Assembly: GCF_032191835.1 (NCBI RefSeq)
Contig: NC_083223.1
Span: 252,402,001-252,466,000 of the forward strand
Direction: 5' to 3'
Source of the DNA: Heteronotia binoei
Taxonomy: Eukaryota
Length of the DNA stretch: 64,000 bases
Shown: positions 23,901 through 36,664 of the stretch, piece by piece
Layout of the letters: each line of letters opens with the position of its first letter
Numbering within the stretch: the first letter of the stretch is position 1
Program-made: the position numbers and the translations under genes
The notes under the pieces: generated by a model
What the model saw: the letters and a program-made list of their open reading frames with translations, nothing else
What the model was told of the DNA's origin: nothing
Database searches by the model: none

Positions 23901-26900
23901 AAAGTCTGCAAGCCTATTGCTTGCTTCTGTTGGGATCAGGCCTGTTGCTATAGGGGGGCCTATGAGGGCACTGCCCCCCCTGACTTCCAGGAGGCCCTCC
24001 AGGGTGCAGCCTGTTTTCTTTCTTTTTTTTGCCAGAAGAAAGCTTATGAGAAGCGGCGAGCCCCACAGTGGATGGGAAAGGGTGCCCTCCCGACTTTAAA
24101 AAGCCCCCTGACTTTTAAAATCCTTGCTATGCCTCTGGTTGGGGTGATTTTGGAAGTTGCCAGTAGACAGCTTTTTGCATCATGTAGGCACAAAAGGAGG
24201 ATAACTGAAATCTATGGCATTTATTTGAGAAGCCTCCGCGTAGGAATCCTCATCCCCTGTAACTCAAAACATCACACTTCCACCACCTTGATAAATGCCT
24301 CTTGAGTTCACTTATGGAGTTCTTAATATTCACAGCCTCTTTGACTTGTTATGCTGAAGTTTGGTTTTCTGTTGAAATCCATCTCCAGTTGTAAATCCTA
24401 ATTGGCTATCAAAACATGAGAGGGAACATGCATGCTTGGCCTGGAACTAGCAAGAGAGTGCAGGAGCAGTGACTTCTTGCTAGCAGGCCAGAGCTCTTAA
24501 CCACAGCCAACCGTAAAAGATGAAGGCCAGTCACTTCACGTACCTATTTAACACTGACTGTAATTGGCTGAATTGGTCCATAAAGGTTAGTATTGTCTTC
24601 TCAGATGGGCCATGGCTGGCCAGGGTCTTAGGCAGAGGTCTTTTGCATCACTTACTGCCAGATCCTTTAACTGGAGATGCCAGTTAGTGAACCTGGGTCC
24701 CTCACTGTGCTAAGCAGATGCTCTGCCACTGAGCCACAGCCCTTCCCTTTTCCTGACCCTATTCAGATGCCATCGATGGCCACTCTTGCCTCCTTTCTGG
24801 CCTTCCATGCCTCCTATCTGGTTGGCTTGGTTCCATATGCTGTAACCACCTTGTATTTCCCTTTTGTGTCTCTGTGTCCAGGCCATGAAGAACCAAAGCC
24901 TGACAGAAATTGTAGATGATGAAGCCATGTCTCAGATCCGAAAGGGCCACGAGACCATGTGCGTGGTGCTTACCAGCCGGCACAAAAACCTGGATATGGT
25001 GCGGGCCATGTGGAACGCCAGCGACATCAAGGCAAGTTGGTCGCTTTGGGGAGGGGGGTGGCACTACAAGAGGAGCTGCGCACAGTTGCCTGGGACTCAG
25101 CGGCCGTTTGATTCCAAATTGCTTGCAGCTGTGAGCTTTTGTGTGAAAAGGAGTGGTGTGTTCATGAGTTCCAGCGCTGTATTTCAGGACTACTCCTACT
25201 GTACTGCTGCATACCCTCAGAGATTTAGGTCATTGTGAAGCAACTGCCTCTAATTCTGGACTGAAAACTCAGCACTGCATTGCATAGGCAGAAACAAGTT
25301 GAATGCAGGTCTTTTGCTTTATTTTCAGCCTGCTCTGAGGGAAGGTGTAGCGAGGTTGTGCAGTTGCTATTTCCATCAATTCTACCCGGTTTCCCGGCAA
25401 TCTGTGCCTCAGCCACCCATTCCATCCTGAGCCAAACATCCCTTCCAAAAGAAAACCTTTGCCCATCCTTGTTTTTGTCAATGGAATATGTGTGCTGGGG
25501 AGCATAACTCCCTCACTTGCCACATTGGCAGTGCCAAGGTAAGAAGCATGTTCTTCTGGTACGTCTCCCCACCTGCTTCACTCCCAGTTCCAGTTCTACC
25601 CACTCCACCACAGAAGGGTTCTGTAAAGGCAGTGAACAGAACAGTAGTTTCCATGGATTGTATTTTTCCTGCTTTCCCTTTCCCTGCATTAGTTAGTTAA
25701 GATGTAGAAGGGAGCCCAACCAAGATGTACATGTAATGCCACTGGCACACTCAGTAGCCACTAGATGCGTGACCTTATAGGTGGCTGCTAAGAACACAAC
25801 AGCAGGTGTCCTGGATCAGACTAATGGCTTGTCTAGTCTGACAGATAAAGTCTAGGAGGAGTGGAAGGAGGCACTTTCTGCATCCTTGGAAGGCATTCTT
25901 GGAATTGAGGGTATAAGGGGTGATCATTCCACAAAAGGTGTCATTTGCCTTTCTGACTGGATTGAATTCCCTGCGAATCCCAACTGGTTCTCCCTTGCTG
26001 GTTTGCAGGAACACACAGTGGGGCTTTCTGTCCCACCAAGTTCACAAGCAGGAAGTCATCTAGCTCCTGAATACTCCTAGAGCCATGCAGCTCCTGTCCC
26101 AACCAAGCAATCATATACTCTGCTGGGTGTCCAGGTGCCTCTGCAGTCTGAAGAAACATTCTTCCTTGAGATCTGTGGGCCTGCAGTCTGGGCCTTGGTG
26201 CATTCTGGCACCGCCTATTCCTAGTGCAAGTCTTTTTTTTAAAGCTAGGAGCTGGTGTTTGGGTTTGCAGCCTGTTGCTACTGTAAGTTTCTCTGTGAAG
26301 TTTTTGGTCAATACTAATGGCTGAGGTGGGGTGGATAGGTACAGATCTTCCCTAGGCTGAATGCCTTTGTGTTTGAGAGAAGCAAATCAGGAGTTTTGAG
26401 AGCCAGTTGGATGTAGTGGTTAAGTGTGTGGACTCTTAATCTGGAAGAACCAGGTCTGATTCCCCACTCTTCCACATGCAGCCAGCTGGGTGACCTTGGG
26501 TCAGCAACAGTTCTCACACAGCTATTCTCCCAAGAGCGGTTCTCTCAGAGCTCTCTCAGCCCCACCCACCTCACAGGATGTCTGTTGTGGGGAGAGGAAG
26601 GGAAAGGAGATTGTAAGCCACTCTGAGTGAAAGGCAGGGTATAAATCCAATCTCTTCTCCAGGTGAATCAAAGTTTTACTTTTGTGGTTCTTGCGGGGGG
26701 GGGGGGAATGTTGCTTGGTAACTGGTTCTGCTCCCTGTTCATAGAGATGCTGAGCTGAGAGCAGCAGAGCTGAAACTTCCCCAGGTCACTAGATAGAGCT
26801 GAAGCCTTAGCGATGCTCTGCAGTTCTGCATCTTGAGGATTTACCATAAGTATGATAAAGCCTACTCTAATCCTACTCCTGCTTCTGTTTCCTTTTCCTC

Positions 26901-29900
26901 AGACTTCTGTGGACTCAGCTGTGGCTATCAATGACCTTTCTGTTGTTGTAGATCTCCTGAACATTGTCAACCAGAAAGCGTGAGTTCTAGATGCTTTTCT
27001 TAAGAGAGCGGTAGCCAAGCAGCTTTAGGGATTCCTAGAGAACACATCAGCACTAGATCCATTCCAGTCTGGCTTCTGTCCTGGCCAAGGGAGTGAGACT
27101 GTCCTGGTCACTGTAATGGACAATCTCTGAATGCAGCTGGATCAAGGCAGGTCGGCACTGCTGTTAATATTAGATCTCACAGCAGCATTTGACACAGTCA
27201 GCTATGATATGTTGACTATCAGTGATATCAGCCTTGCTGATGTGGGAATACATCAGATGGCCTTACAGTGGCTTTCCTCATTCCTCCACAGACAGAGGGT
27301 GGTGTAAGGGGAGGATGTCTCAGCTAGATGCCCCCTGATGTATGGTGTCCATCAGGAGGCACTCCTCTCCCCATTGTTGCTCAACATCTATATGTGCCCC
27401 CTTGCCCAGCTGGTACAGAGTTTTGGGCTAGGGTGTCATCAATATGCAGATGACACTCAGCTATATTTACTGTTGGGTGACCATCTGGCCTTGGTCCTGT
27501 CATCTTTGGCCAAGGGTTTGGAGGCTGTGATGGGCTGGCTGAAGAAGAGTAGATTGAAACTGAACCCATCAAAGATGAAGGTTTTGTGGCCTGGGGGATT
27601 AGGGTTGGAGCACAGATTACCAGCCCTTGACGGGGAGCTATTGACACCAGCGCCAACCATCAAGAGTTTGGGAGTGACTCTGGATACCTCTCTCTTAGTG
27701 GAGGCTCAAGTTGCACACATTGCCAAAGTGGCATTTTTCCATCTCTGCCAAGCTAGGCAACTGGCTCCTCTCCTTTCTCATTTGGACCTAGCCACAGTAA
27801 TCTATTACCTCCAAATTAGACTACCATAACTCGCTCTACACTGGCCTACCTTTGACTTTGACCCAGAAACTCCAATGGGTCCAGAATGTAACGGTACAAG
27901 TTCTGACGGGAATGCCATGAACGGCATATATTCTCCCTATGCTGTGCCAGCTGCACTGGCTTCCTTCTGGTTGAGTACCAAGTCAGATTCAAGGTTTTGG
28001 TTATGACCTTCAAGGCCTTGAGTGGTCTGGGACCAACATATCTACGGGACTGCCTCCTCCGCTATGTCCCTGGAAGAGCATTACACTCTACTGGTCAGAA
28101 TCTGCTGATGATCCTTGGCTCTAAAGAGGTCTGGCTTTCCTCAACAAGAGCCAAGGCCTTTTCAGTCCTCCCCTGACCTGGTGGAACGCTCTGCTGGAAG
28201 ACACTAGGGCCCTGCAGGATCTTTTACACTTTTGCAGGGCCTGTAAAGCTAAGATGTTCTGCCAGGCTTTTGCCTGAGGACAGTGACGGTTGCTGAGGCA
28301 TCCCTCCCCACCACCCTTGGAGGAGGGTCCCCTGCCCTCCAGTGCAGCATCCAGAAAGCAGGAATAGTAGCACTTCAGTATGACGCCATCAGGGTTTGCA
28401 ATCTGGTTTTTATTTTATTGGTTTTATTGATTGACTTGTGTATTTTTAATCACTGTTGTACATCACCTAGAGCCTGACTTCAGCCAGGATGGGGGGGATT
28501 CATCAAGCCAAATAAATAATAATACAAGGAGAAGGGGTGGTTTGGTTGAATTGTTGTGCATTAGGATCCTAAAAGGCAGTTACTGCCTTCATGTGGCACT
28601 TCAGCATGACCAATGTACTGGTGGAGGGAAGGGGAATTGTCCAGAATATGCCCTCTGGGATGCAGTTTTTACTCAGTTGGCATATCACAGGTATGAAACC
28701 CTTCATCAGCAGTATCCAGCTGATCTCAAATGCCTCTTGACACCCTCTAGAATTGAGAGGCGGTAGAAGGTTCTGAGGAACTTGGGCACATCTTAATGTG
28801 CACATCCCCAGACCAATGTTCTCTCTAAACTGCAGAGTCTTGTGAGCAAAAATTCTACTTTGTGAGCTACTGGCATTAAAGTTGTGAGCTACTACATAAG
28901 TTATTGTGCTCTGGGGTCATCCTTCCTGAACTAAGACAAAAATATGTGAGCTGGAGGCTAAAAGTCTGTGAGCTAACTCAGCTTAGAGGGAACACTGCCC
29001 CAGACCTGAGCGTGTAAGTCATTGCAGCATAATTTGGATCCCACATGAGACTGGCCATGGAGAAAAACTTCCTCCCGTCAGGCCATGCACTGCTTTCTGC
29101 CTTGGACTTACAGGTCCCCATCTTGTTCTTGAAAGGGATCTGAGGGTTTAATGGGGGTGCGGGGAGTATAGCAACTCTCTGAAATCTGTGTCTTTCCCCA
29201 GGTCTCTTTGGAAGCTCGACCTGTGCACTGTCGTCTTGCCTCAGATAGAGAAACTTCTCCAAAGCAAATATGAAAGGTGAGGCTCGGGGATTTAACCTGG
29301 GGAAGCTGGTGATTTTGTGGAGACCAAAGTTCTTTCTGGGAGCTAACATTTCTGTGACTTGTCGCTTGCAATTCAGTCATGGTGCTAAGACTGGGTTTCA
29401 GCCAAATCTCTTTTCAAACAGGGTGGGAATTTCCCAACCTGTTGGTGGCAGAGGCAGAAGCTTCTAAGTTCAGGACTTAGGAAAGGTTTATTCCTAATGT
29501 GCCTGATTGGTCTGTGGGCATTGTGCAGAAGGGCAATGCAGGTCTATGGGGAGAAGATTCCTTTTTGTTTAACTGTGTCACTTTGTAGTGTCATTTCCAC
29601 CTCTGTGTTAGGGAAGTCCCCTCCCCTTTAGTTAAATGTGTTTTGCAAACTTGAGCCTGGTGAACAGGGGGGTGGGTTGGCTCCCAAAGCTAAATTAAGC
29701 ACTGAGATGGACCAGTCTTTAGTCGATAGCCTGTGAATTGTTTTTCCAAGACAGCGGAGCAGAGAGAAATTTCCTAATGATTTGTCATTCTTAACCTTCC
29801 CTTTGTCCTTTTGTTAGAATTCAAGAACTAAGATTTTAACTTATTGCAACTGGTGCAAAGCTTTATTTTTTGTTTTTATTTACTTGGTGATAGCTGGATA

Positions 29901-32733
29901 GGGCAGGATTGTTGGTGTGCATCTAAGGATTCCTCCTTTCATTCTTACAGGGCTCTTTTATCTTTAAAAGCATCTCTGTATCTGAGTGTGTGCATGTGTG
30001 GTTGCCAGCACATTTCTGCCTGTTATGCAGCACGCCATTCCATAGGGTCTCCCACACAAAGGTGGTAACCCTACTCATGTACTGCTGCAGTAGAGCAGCT
30101 GTAGCAAAACAGGAATTCAGCCCATAGAGACAGGAGGCATTAAGCAGCACTGCCTGAGTTAATGGACTTTTGGTATGGAGGTGATTCAGACATCACTATT
30201 GTGTGGTTGCTGCCAGCAGAGGGAGCTCTATGCTGAGATTTATTGGCTCGCTCTTACCTGACTCTGTTTGTTTCCTTCCCATCCCTGGACTTGCCTGTTT
30301 TTGCTGGGCTTGCCTATAATGGCAGCCTGACCAGAGGAATTTGAGTGAAATTGTTCCTACAGTTTACTTGCAGATCGGGGGCATAGCATCACTAGGCTAA
30401 TTTGTGCCATCCGAGCCAAAGAGCTAAAAAAAGCAGGCAGTTTTGATTTATTTATTTAACTTCGTTTTTACTCCAACTTCCATACTTCTCCATTTTATCC
30501 TCCACAATGATGCTGCTGTGAAGTAGGTTAGGTTGAGATTGTGTGACTGGTCCAGGGTCACCCAGCAAGCTTCCATGGCAGAGTGAGGATTTATAGAATT
30601 GGAAGGAGCCATGCAGGCTGCCAAGTCCCACCCCTGCTCAGCCTAATGCATCTCTGATGAGTGTTCATCCAACTGCTGCTTGTGCAGGGGAGCTCAACCA
30701 TTTCTCTAAGCACAGCCAATTCCACTGCTGAACTACTCTTACTGCAATTTTTTTCCCCTAATATCCAGCCAGTACCTTTCCGCTTGTAATTTAAACCCAT
30801 TATCAAGTCTTGTCCTCTGCTGCCAACAGGAACAGCTGCTTGGGTCTCCCAGATTCTCTTCCAGCCCCAACCACTGCACCACAGTGATGAGTCTAGTGTA
30901 CTGCTTTTTTTAAAACCAAAAAGTCAGGAGTTGAATGAAAGGCAAGTCCGTTTACAGCCAGTGACTATGTTGCATGTTGGTGAGAAATGCCACTTTTCTT
31001 TCCAAGTAGTCTGAACGAATATGGTCCTGCACCTTGGCTTGAACAGTGAGACTTGGCAGGCCTTGCTGGATGTGCTTTGGAATGAGAGCCATCTCCCCCC
31101 ACTCATCTGGTACTTTTTCAGGCTGAATGTTGATTTTTGAAAACATTTCCATTTTTTGCTGAAAGTCTGTGTTGTCTTAACAGCTACGTCCAAACAGGTT
31201 GCACTTCACTGAAGTTGATCCTGCAGCGCTTCTTGCCCCTGATCATGGATATCCTTGCTGCGCCACCATCGGTGGGGGTAGACATTTCCCGAGAGGAGAG
31301 GTAACATTATCTTAAAGGCTGGATGGCATTGCACTTGCTTCCCTGATTTGCAGGCCTTTGGGTGAAACTTCTGGATCTCTGCAGCTTAATATGACTGTCT
31401 AATCCAGGGGTGGGCATACTCGCTTAACATAAGAGCCATATAGAATAAATGTCAGATATTTGAGAGCCGCCAGACATGAATGTGGCCAGCCTTGCTCTGG
31501 CCTGCCAGCTCCCAAAATGCCAACCATGCCCCCATTCAATTCATGATACAATTATTTATTGCGCATATATAGAGAGAGAGAGGGAGAGGGAGAGAGAAGG
31601 AGGGAGAGGGAGGGAGGGAGAGAGAGAGAATCAAGGAAGAATAAAAGTAGCCTTCAGCTGCTGGCGCAACATCTTATTTAGTTCAGTTTTTAATGTATCT
31701 TTGATGGTAATAAATTAAACTACTAGATAACGAGAACTTTTTGTTTCCTGAATTTTTTTCTTGAGAGTGAAATGCTAGAGCATTCTCTAGCTCCCTCAGT
31801 TGGAAGCAAATGAGAGAGAGAGAGATGTGGAATGAGAGAAAGAAAAAAATAGATTGGGGGAAGAGAGGGAATGGTGGAAAGAAAGCAACTTTAATCTGAA
31901 ATGCATTCTCCAAGCCACTGGCTTGCTTGGCGAAGGGGTTTAATAAAACAAATGTCTTCTCCAAGCCAGCTGATGGGGCAATGGGGGCTTCAAGAGCCAC
32001 ACAATATGTGTGAAAGTGCCACATGTGGTTACGGAGTTGCGGTTTGGTCACCCTGGTCTAATCCAAGGCCCTTCCCTGTTAGTTCTCCTAGCAAGCTTTA
32101 TATATCCTTGCACTGCTGATATATCTTGCTACTCTCTTGCCCCATAGAATCCTGAAAACCTCTTAATCCTGTTGTTGTTAGCCCATTTGTAGGCCTAGCT
32201 GCTGTTAGCTCTGTATGTGGCTGGGAAAATACGCACTTCTTTTCTAGCTTATCCAAGGAGGGCCAAGTGGAAAACTCCTTTGGACTCCTTTTAGCTAGAT
32301 TGACTGATATGGAAGATTTTCTTGAGAGAGACACCCACATAGTCTGGTTCACATGTGTGGAGGGTAAATGTGTCTGCTCTCTCCACAGCCCCTAATGGAG
32401 GATTTTTTATTTATTGAAGATATCTGCATATTGCTTCTCTGAGAAGCACCCAAAGTGCTATTTGTTTGTTTAAAAGATGTTTTAAACCCCTTTGGGATGG
32501 CAGCGTGCCCTGCTTCTATGTATTCCTTGGTTATGTTTCTACAGTCTCACTGCAGAGCCATCTAGGAGGGTCTGCAGCTTTCCCCTCGTTCCTTTTGCAG
32601 GCTCCACAAGTGCCGCCTGTGCTACAAGCAGCTGAAGAACATCAACAACATCATCAAGAACAAATGTGGACTCAGTGGCCGCCACGGCAGTGCCTTCCGT
32701 GAGCTGCATCTCCTTATGGCTGTCCTCGAGTGA
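5946..32733 (+). CDS. KATNB1: Katanin p80 WD40 repeat-containing subunit B1 (19 coding exons, 657 aa)
   Basis: Exons 5946-5985, 7694-7824, 10746-10863, 11150-11250, 11700-11741, 15226-15309, 15508-15623, 17063-17134, 17584-17734, 18748-18935, 19262-19392, 20147-20197, 20592-20668, 21462-21581, 24882-25031, 26903-26979, 29202-29276, 31184-31300, 32601-32733. Total 1974 nt with consistent phases. Reads [29 protein letters not shown]...WD40 repeats...[13 protein letters not shown]...SLWKLDLC...[12 protein letters not shown]. Confidence 0.97.
9148..9365. repeat. Penelope-type palindromic repeat
   Basis: Head-to-head arms (aaagactaacaaaatttgtggcag / ctgccacaagttttgttagtcttt) centred on TCAGATATCTGA, starting GGGTAGCCATGTTAGTCTG. 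This is the typical reptile Penelope terminal motif. Confidence 0.65.
11784..13858. mobile_element. GC/CpG-rich non-autonomous DNA transposon, PIF/Harbinger-like, in KATNB1 intron 5
   Basis: 14-bp TIR CAGCCCAATCCAGA / TCTGGATTGTGCTG (1 mismatch). Abrupt GC and CpG rise. No transposase motifs. TSD not cleanly resolved. Confidence 0.6.
12047..12120. repeat. Perfect 37-bp tandem duplication
   Basis: GAGAGGCCGTCAATCCTCCCACTCCCTCCCGGTGTCA x2. Confidence 0.95.
14295..14492 (-). mobile_element. tRNA-headed SINE (related copies ~2860-3050, 8870-9055, 21845-22010, 24560-24750, 56960-57110)
   Basis: Minus strand: A box CAGTGGTAGAG and B box GGTTCAATCCC, then a recurring body ending GCAGCTTCATATGTTC. 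Confidence 0.7.
16228..16660 (-). mobile_element. Possible partial solo LTR in KATNB1 intron 7
   Basis: Starts TGTGA. On the minus strand there is AATAAA near the left end and a CATAAAAG TATA-like box, in LTR-like order; a CCAAT motif lies further right. The right end is cut by a LINE tail. Confidence 0.4.
21008..21303 (+). mobile_element. Sauria SINE
   Basis: tRNA-like head GTGGTGCAGAGTGGTAAG, core GTTGACTCAGCCTTCCATCCTTCCGAGG, and GGGGAAGGCAATGGCAAACCAC with an ACCTTT-type tail. Confidence 0.85.
22190..22572 (+). mobile_element. CR1 LINE 3' fragment
   Basis: ORF2 C-terminal signature (TGGAATTCACTGCCACAGGA...GGATAAACATATGGAG), squamate CR1 3'UTR, and TTCTCTTACATTCTTA tail. Related pieces ~8530-8640, 16020-16215, 36090-36290, 50880-51110, 60925-61055. 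Confidence 0.8.
23168..23443 (+). mobile_element. Gecko-type tRNA-derived SINE (copies 26399-26660 +, 53712-53988 -, 59115-59396 -)
   Basis: AGAGCCAGTT(T/C)GGTGTAGTGGTTAAG A box, GGTTTGATTCCCC B box, CACCTCACAGGGTGTCTGTTGTGGGG core and simple-repeat tail. At least four full-length copies. Confidence 0.85.
23937..24137. mobile_element. hAT-type MITE
   Basis: CAGG...CTCTG termini. 8-bp TSD GTTGGGAT/GTTGGGGT. Confidence 0.6.
27040..28520 (+). mobile_element. L2-clade LINE 3' part (decayed RT) in KATNB1 intron 16
   Basis: ORF 27338-27829 reads [16 protein letters not shown]...[11 protein letters not shown]...LKLNPSK...KSLGVTLD. Continues with L2-type CAGCTGCACTGGCT/TTCAAGG motifs and an AAAT-rich tail. 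Confidence 0.85.
28814..28997. mobile_element. hAT MITE (CAATGTTCCCTCTAAG family)
   Basis: TIR CAATGTTCTCTCTAA / TTAGAGGGAACACTG. Perfect 8-bp TSD CCCCAGAC. Internal GTGAGCTA repeats. Confidence 0.85.
31405..32055 (+). mobile_element. hAT MITE with internal (GA)n expansion
   Basis: CAGGGGTGG...CACCCTG termini. Perfect 8-bp TSD GTCTAATC (31397-31404 and 32056-32063). Confidence 0.85.
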
Positions 32734-33276
32734 CCTCTGCTGCCTCCTCCGCCCATGCAGACACACCACCGAGGATTAGTCTTCCGACCACAGCGTCTCA
32801 TTCCAGTCAGCTTTGGGTCATTCGTTTGGTGTCCAATATGTACACTCCTTCATGGGGGGGTGCGCTAGCTCGCTGCTCCATCTTCAGTGCCTTAACAGGC
32901 TGGATTGCAAACCAAGCTCCATCTCCCAACAGCGCAGCCCACCCTCCCTTGCATGCAGCAGCTGGGCAGAGTCCCTTGTTCCTGGTGACCAGAGTGCCTG
33001 GGACCACCGGCCCCTGCCCCACTTGCAAGCCCTCTTTCCTTTCCAGTCTTAACTGTAGTCTCATTGGCTTTGTCATTCCAGTGAGGGAAGGGGTGGGCCG
33101 GATCTGTTTGTGCCAGTCACATAGCCACATTTGCCTCTTTGGAAAGCTCTTGGGCTGGAGGAGCTGGGGAGGACCGGACCTGGGGCCATTGTGTCTGCTC
33201 CTTGCTTTTTCCTCCACAGTGCTGGAGAATGGGAGGGTGTTTCCTGTTCATAAAGCTGTAACTTATAATTAATTTT

Positions 33277-33282
33277 ATTAAA
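33277..33282 (+). terminator. Probable KATNB1 poly(A) signal (ATTAAA)
   Basis: ATTAAA in an AU-rich stretch ~540 nt after the stop, followed by U-rich sequence, just before a CR1 fragment. Confidence 0.45.
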
Positions 33283-33325
33283 ACATTTGTAACTTTTATT
33301 TTGAGCTAATTTGTAACTTATTTTG

Positions 33326-33655
33326 AACATAAGAGAAGCCATGTTAGATCAGGCCAACGGCCCATCCAGTCCAACACTGTGTCACACAGTGACAAAAATT
33401 ATATATATATACACACACTCTCTCTCTCTCTGTGGCTAATAGCCACATATGAACCTCTGCTCCATATTTTTATCTAACTCCCTCTTGAAGGTGGCTATGC
33501 TTGTGGCTGCCATCACCTCCTGTGGCAGTGAATTCCACATGTTAATCACCTTTTGGGTGAAGAAGTACTTCCCTTTATCCGTTTTAACCTGGCTGCTCAG
33601 CAATTTAATCGAATGCCCACGAGTTCTTGTATTGTGAGAAAGGGAGAAAAGTATT
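33326..33655 (-). mobile_element. CR1 LINE 3' fragment
   Basis: Minus ORF 33436-33732 reads RTRGHSIKL...[19 protein letters not shown]...FKRELDK (CR1 ORF2 C-terminus), plus 3'UTR. Confidence 0.85.
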
Positions 33656-35182
33656 GTGTGTGTACCTTTTTGAACGGCAGCTTGGGATTTTGCTTTGTTG
33701 GAGTTGAGCATTTGGGAGTTGTATTCCAGCAAACCAATTCAGCCTTGACAGGAATTCTCTAGATTTCCATTGAGATATGGGATTGTGGGAATTTTCAAAT
33801 AGTAGCTTATAAGTTTTATCTGTGGCTTCAGTGTATCAGTCATTTAGTTCCAAAAGGATCAGTATAGCCATGGAAACTGCTTAGTGGTAATGTCCCACAT
33901 ATGCTACTATCTTTGACTAGAGGTGCCAGATCTTGGAAGAGGACCACCAATGATAAGTCTCTCTGTATACACATATATCTGAATCTCGGTTAGCACACTG
34001 TCCAAATCCAGTTAGCATAAGATGCTACCTGCCCAGTTTAAACCTATAATGAAGCACCATGAATTCCTGAAGGTAGGGAGAACCGTGTTACTGACAATAT
34101 GTTGATTCTGGTTCAATTTCCATGCCTTCCGAGATGAAAATAAGGGTATCTTTGGGCCAGGTTAAACATCCCAATAATTTGTTTAAAGCAGTGAAGGGAA
34201 CATCTAATTTTGAATACAATTTCAAAAGTGGTGCATACATTGGGGTCTACATTACACTGCAGATACTCAGGATGTAATCACATATGAGATTTGGCCTGAC
34301 CTAGCCATGCCTCCCATCCGGATTTAATGTGTACAGTCACACACACAAATCTGCCTCCAAGTCCTGCCTGTACCTGCTTCATCTTAAGATGCACTGGGAC
34401 TGGATTAAATAGCTACCGGGAACTTCTTGGTAGCAAACCTCTAAAATGTATGTAGGGCATGTTTCCTGGCTGTCTGAACAGCTGCGCTCACAATGCATCT
34501 GTCCTGTGTGTGCATGAGCAGTCTGAACACTCCTCTTGTGCATGTGCAGCCCATGCCTCTTCCAGCAGGAGTGCGGGGGCTGTGTGAATGCCGTGGCACA
34601 TATCAGAGAACCAGCTTTTTCAGAGCCAGAATATTGCTGCTCCAAATCTCTCAAGTTATCCCAGCCTCAGACTGACCAGTTCTGCTTGAAGATCTACATC
34701 TCAGGAATTGTATGTTTCCAAAGAGAACCTATGTATATTTAAATTGTCACAGTAGAGATCAAGGGGAGGAAGCAGGGAGCTCTTAACTCCTTAAAACTGT
34801 AGTGCTCAGAATGCTTAATTAGTCATCTGTATTCTCAAGGGTGTTGTTTGTAACAGACTATATATAGAGTTAGTCGACCAGTTTTAAGAGTAGGTTATAC
34901 TAGGGGCACATTTTTAAAAATGCATTTAAACACCACCTTCATGTTGAATCTTACTCCATCAACCCATATATTCCATCTTGCCTAGTAATAGTCTTCCTAT
35001 GGCCTGAAGGTTTTCATATCCCCCTTTTCTCTGTTAAGGAGTCTCAAAGGAGATAACAATCACATTCCCTTCCTCTCTCCACAACAAACACCTTGTGATA
35101 TAGGCGAGGCTGAGAGAGCTCTGAAAGAGCCAAAAGCCTTCATGTAGAGCAGTGGGGAAGCAAACCCAGTTCTCCAGATTTG

Positions 35183-35480
35183 TCCCGCCACGTGGCGCAG
35201 AGTGGTAAACCAGCAGTACTGCAGTACTGTGGTCTGAACTCTGCTCAGGACCTGAGTTCAATTCCGGCGGAAGCTGGATTCAGGTAGTCGGCCCAAGGTT
35301 GACTCAGCCTTCCATCCTTCCGAGGTTGGTAAAATGAGTACCCGGCTTGCTGGAGGGAAAGTGTAAAAGACTGGGGAAGGCAATGGCAAACCACACCATA
35401 AAAAGTCCGCCGTGAAAACGTGAAAGCAACGTCATCTCAGATTTGGAAACGACTGGTGCTTGCACAGGGGACCTTTCCTT
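35183..35480 (+). mobile_element. Sauria SINE
   Basis: Same head, core and tail as 21008-21303. Inserted into a minus-strand gecko-type SINE. Confidence 0.8.
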
Positions 35481-36664
35481 AACCAGTTAAACTGTGCTAG
35501 GTTCTTGCTTAAACATTGAGCCTAATATTTAACTATATTGTTTAGAATAGAAGGCAGAGACTACCATGTCACAGCAACATTAAACATGCCAACAAAAATA
35601 CCCAAGTGCAATGGAATTCTTGACTAGTGGAATGAACACAATTAAAAGTAACTATTTTCTTGGTACTTAACCACAGATTAGTATGTTCCAATATTATAAC
35701 AAATATTGTTCACTGACAGTCAGCTCAGTAGGGGCACAAAAACTGGGTTGATTATTGAGTAAGCCCTGTTGGCTTAGCATTTCTGTAATGTCACAGCCAA
35801 AACGACACTCTTAATTGACCATATTTCAAGATGATGTAGATGCAGAGTTAAGTCACATCCAACTTTTGCCAGCTTTGCTGGGAAGCTGGTAGACTCCTTT
35901 CTTGCTAAGAGGGTGGAATGACAGCTATGCCAAAGACATAGGCTGACTCTTGTTTAAGATGAGACGGTCATAGACGAAATGGTGGTTGAGTTGTATCTAA
36001 ACAAGACCTGGTCTTTTGTCACCAGATGTCACAAATAACAAAGGTATAAGTGATTGCCTTTACACAGCTACACCCAGTACGTCAGATTCAGCATTGTTCA
36101 GAAAGAGGAAGAAAGTATCTAGAAGACCACATAAGAGCCCTGCTGGATCAGACCAGTGGGTCATCTGGTCCAGCATCCTGTCTCATGCAGCAGCCAACCA
36201 ATTCCTCTGGACGGCCACCTACAGGGCATAGAGGCTGAGGCCTTCCCCTGATGTTGCCTCCTGGCACTAGGATTCAGAGGATTGATGCCAGGAAGGCCTT
36301 CTCGCCTCGTGTACCTGCAGTATACAGAGATCATGCAGCTTTAGTAAAGAACTCTACAGCATGTATTTCTAGAATATTTAGTTCATTGCAAGAATGTAAG
36401 AGTGAGGGTCTAACCAAAAAGTAAGGCTGTTTTTGATCTTTCCTTCCCCAAATTATTGGGGGCATTCGATTAAAGTCCTCCTAAATTGTGATTTTACGTA
36501 TTTTTGTGTACTCCATTTTATTTATACTGTAAGCCACCTTGAGCTCTGTAAGGAAGAAAGGCGGCTAATAAATGTTTTAAACAAGTGAAATATTGCCATG
36601 TTCCTGCTTAATCCCATCACAGTCAACAGACAAACAGAAGGCCCTTTTGCCATGGCTGTTTTAT

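Noticed and set aside
27338-27829. 163-aa RT ORF as a host gene
   Set aside because: Fragment of a decayed L2 LINE with flanking frameshifts and stops.
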